Position numbers and translations under genes: made by a program | Assembly (NCBI GenBank): GCA_963737065.1 | Contig: CAVTRC010000002.1 | Span: 64,001-128,000 of the forward strand | Source: Candidatus Eremiobacteria bacterium | GTDB lineage: Bacteria > Vulcanimicrobiota > Vulcanimicrobiia > Vulcanimicrobiales > Vulcanimicrobiaceae | Direction: 5' to 3' | Length of the DNA stretch: 64,000 nucleotides | Part shown: positions 63,847 through 64,000 of the stretch, piece after piece | How positions within the stretch are numbered: the stretch's first letter is position 1 | Layout of the letters: each line of letters opens with the position of its first letter | Notes under the pieces: model-generated | The model's database searches: none | What the model saw: only the letters and a program-made list of their open reading frames with translations | Told to the model about the DNA's origin: nothing

Positions 63847-64000
63847 ATGGACGAACCGACGACGATAAAGAAGAACGAACGAGAGTGGCTTGACGAGCTC
63901 GGCCCCGAACGCTATGCCATCCTGCGCCAGGCCGGGACAGAACGGCCCTTCAGCGGTTCGCTGCTGAACGTTCGGGATGACGGAGCGTTCGTGTGCGGCG
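63847..64000 (+). CDS. msrB: Peptide-methionine (R)-S-oxide reductase, N-terminal part (truncated by the window)
   Basis: EW..EL..ERYAILRQAGTERPFSG......DG.FVC read directly from the sequence. Confidence 0.9.
   Translation, partial: MDEPTTIKKNEREWLDELGPERYAILRQAGTERPFSGSLLNVRDDGAFVCG

Overview
GC-rich, gene-dense bacterial chromosome segment with no integrase, transposase, phage gene or CRISPR array visible. It combines Firmicutes-style conserved gene orders (yacL-ispD-ispF-[gltX position]-cysE-cysS-rlmB-sigH; PASTA-rpe-[TPP-forming enzyme]-rpmB-fakA-plsX-degV; cmk-plsC-ispH) with outer-membrane proteins (TolC, TonB-dependent receptor). This suggests a diderm Terrabacteria lineage such as Eremiobacterota/Vulcanimicrobiota (inference). 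Contents: a TetR-controlled efflux operon whose EmrB gene has lost almost its whole interior, a tkt-tal/pgi-zwf-opcA-pgl pentose phosphate operon, dapD plus an aminotransferase, a frameshifted aldehyde dehydrogenase, an M16 protease, ftcD, radA, isoprenoid and lipid genes, a double GT-C glycosyltransferase, two divergent Rieske oxygenases with sarcosine-oxidase-like, VPS10 and TonB-receptor genes, and four tRNAs. The most unusual observations are: (1) a tRNA with a Thr(UGU) anticodon and acceptor stem on a class II, tRNA-Tyr-like body with a long variable arm; (2) IspD fused to an EF-G domain V-like module; (3) a stand-alone GluRS anticodon-binding-like protein at the usual gltX position; (4) a 97-bp hairpin-rich tandem array between cysS and rlmB; (5) a candidate pseudoknotted ncRNA inside the tRNA cluster. 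All family assignments come from motif recognition by eye; no searches were run.
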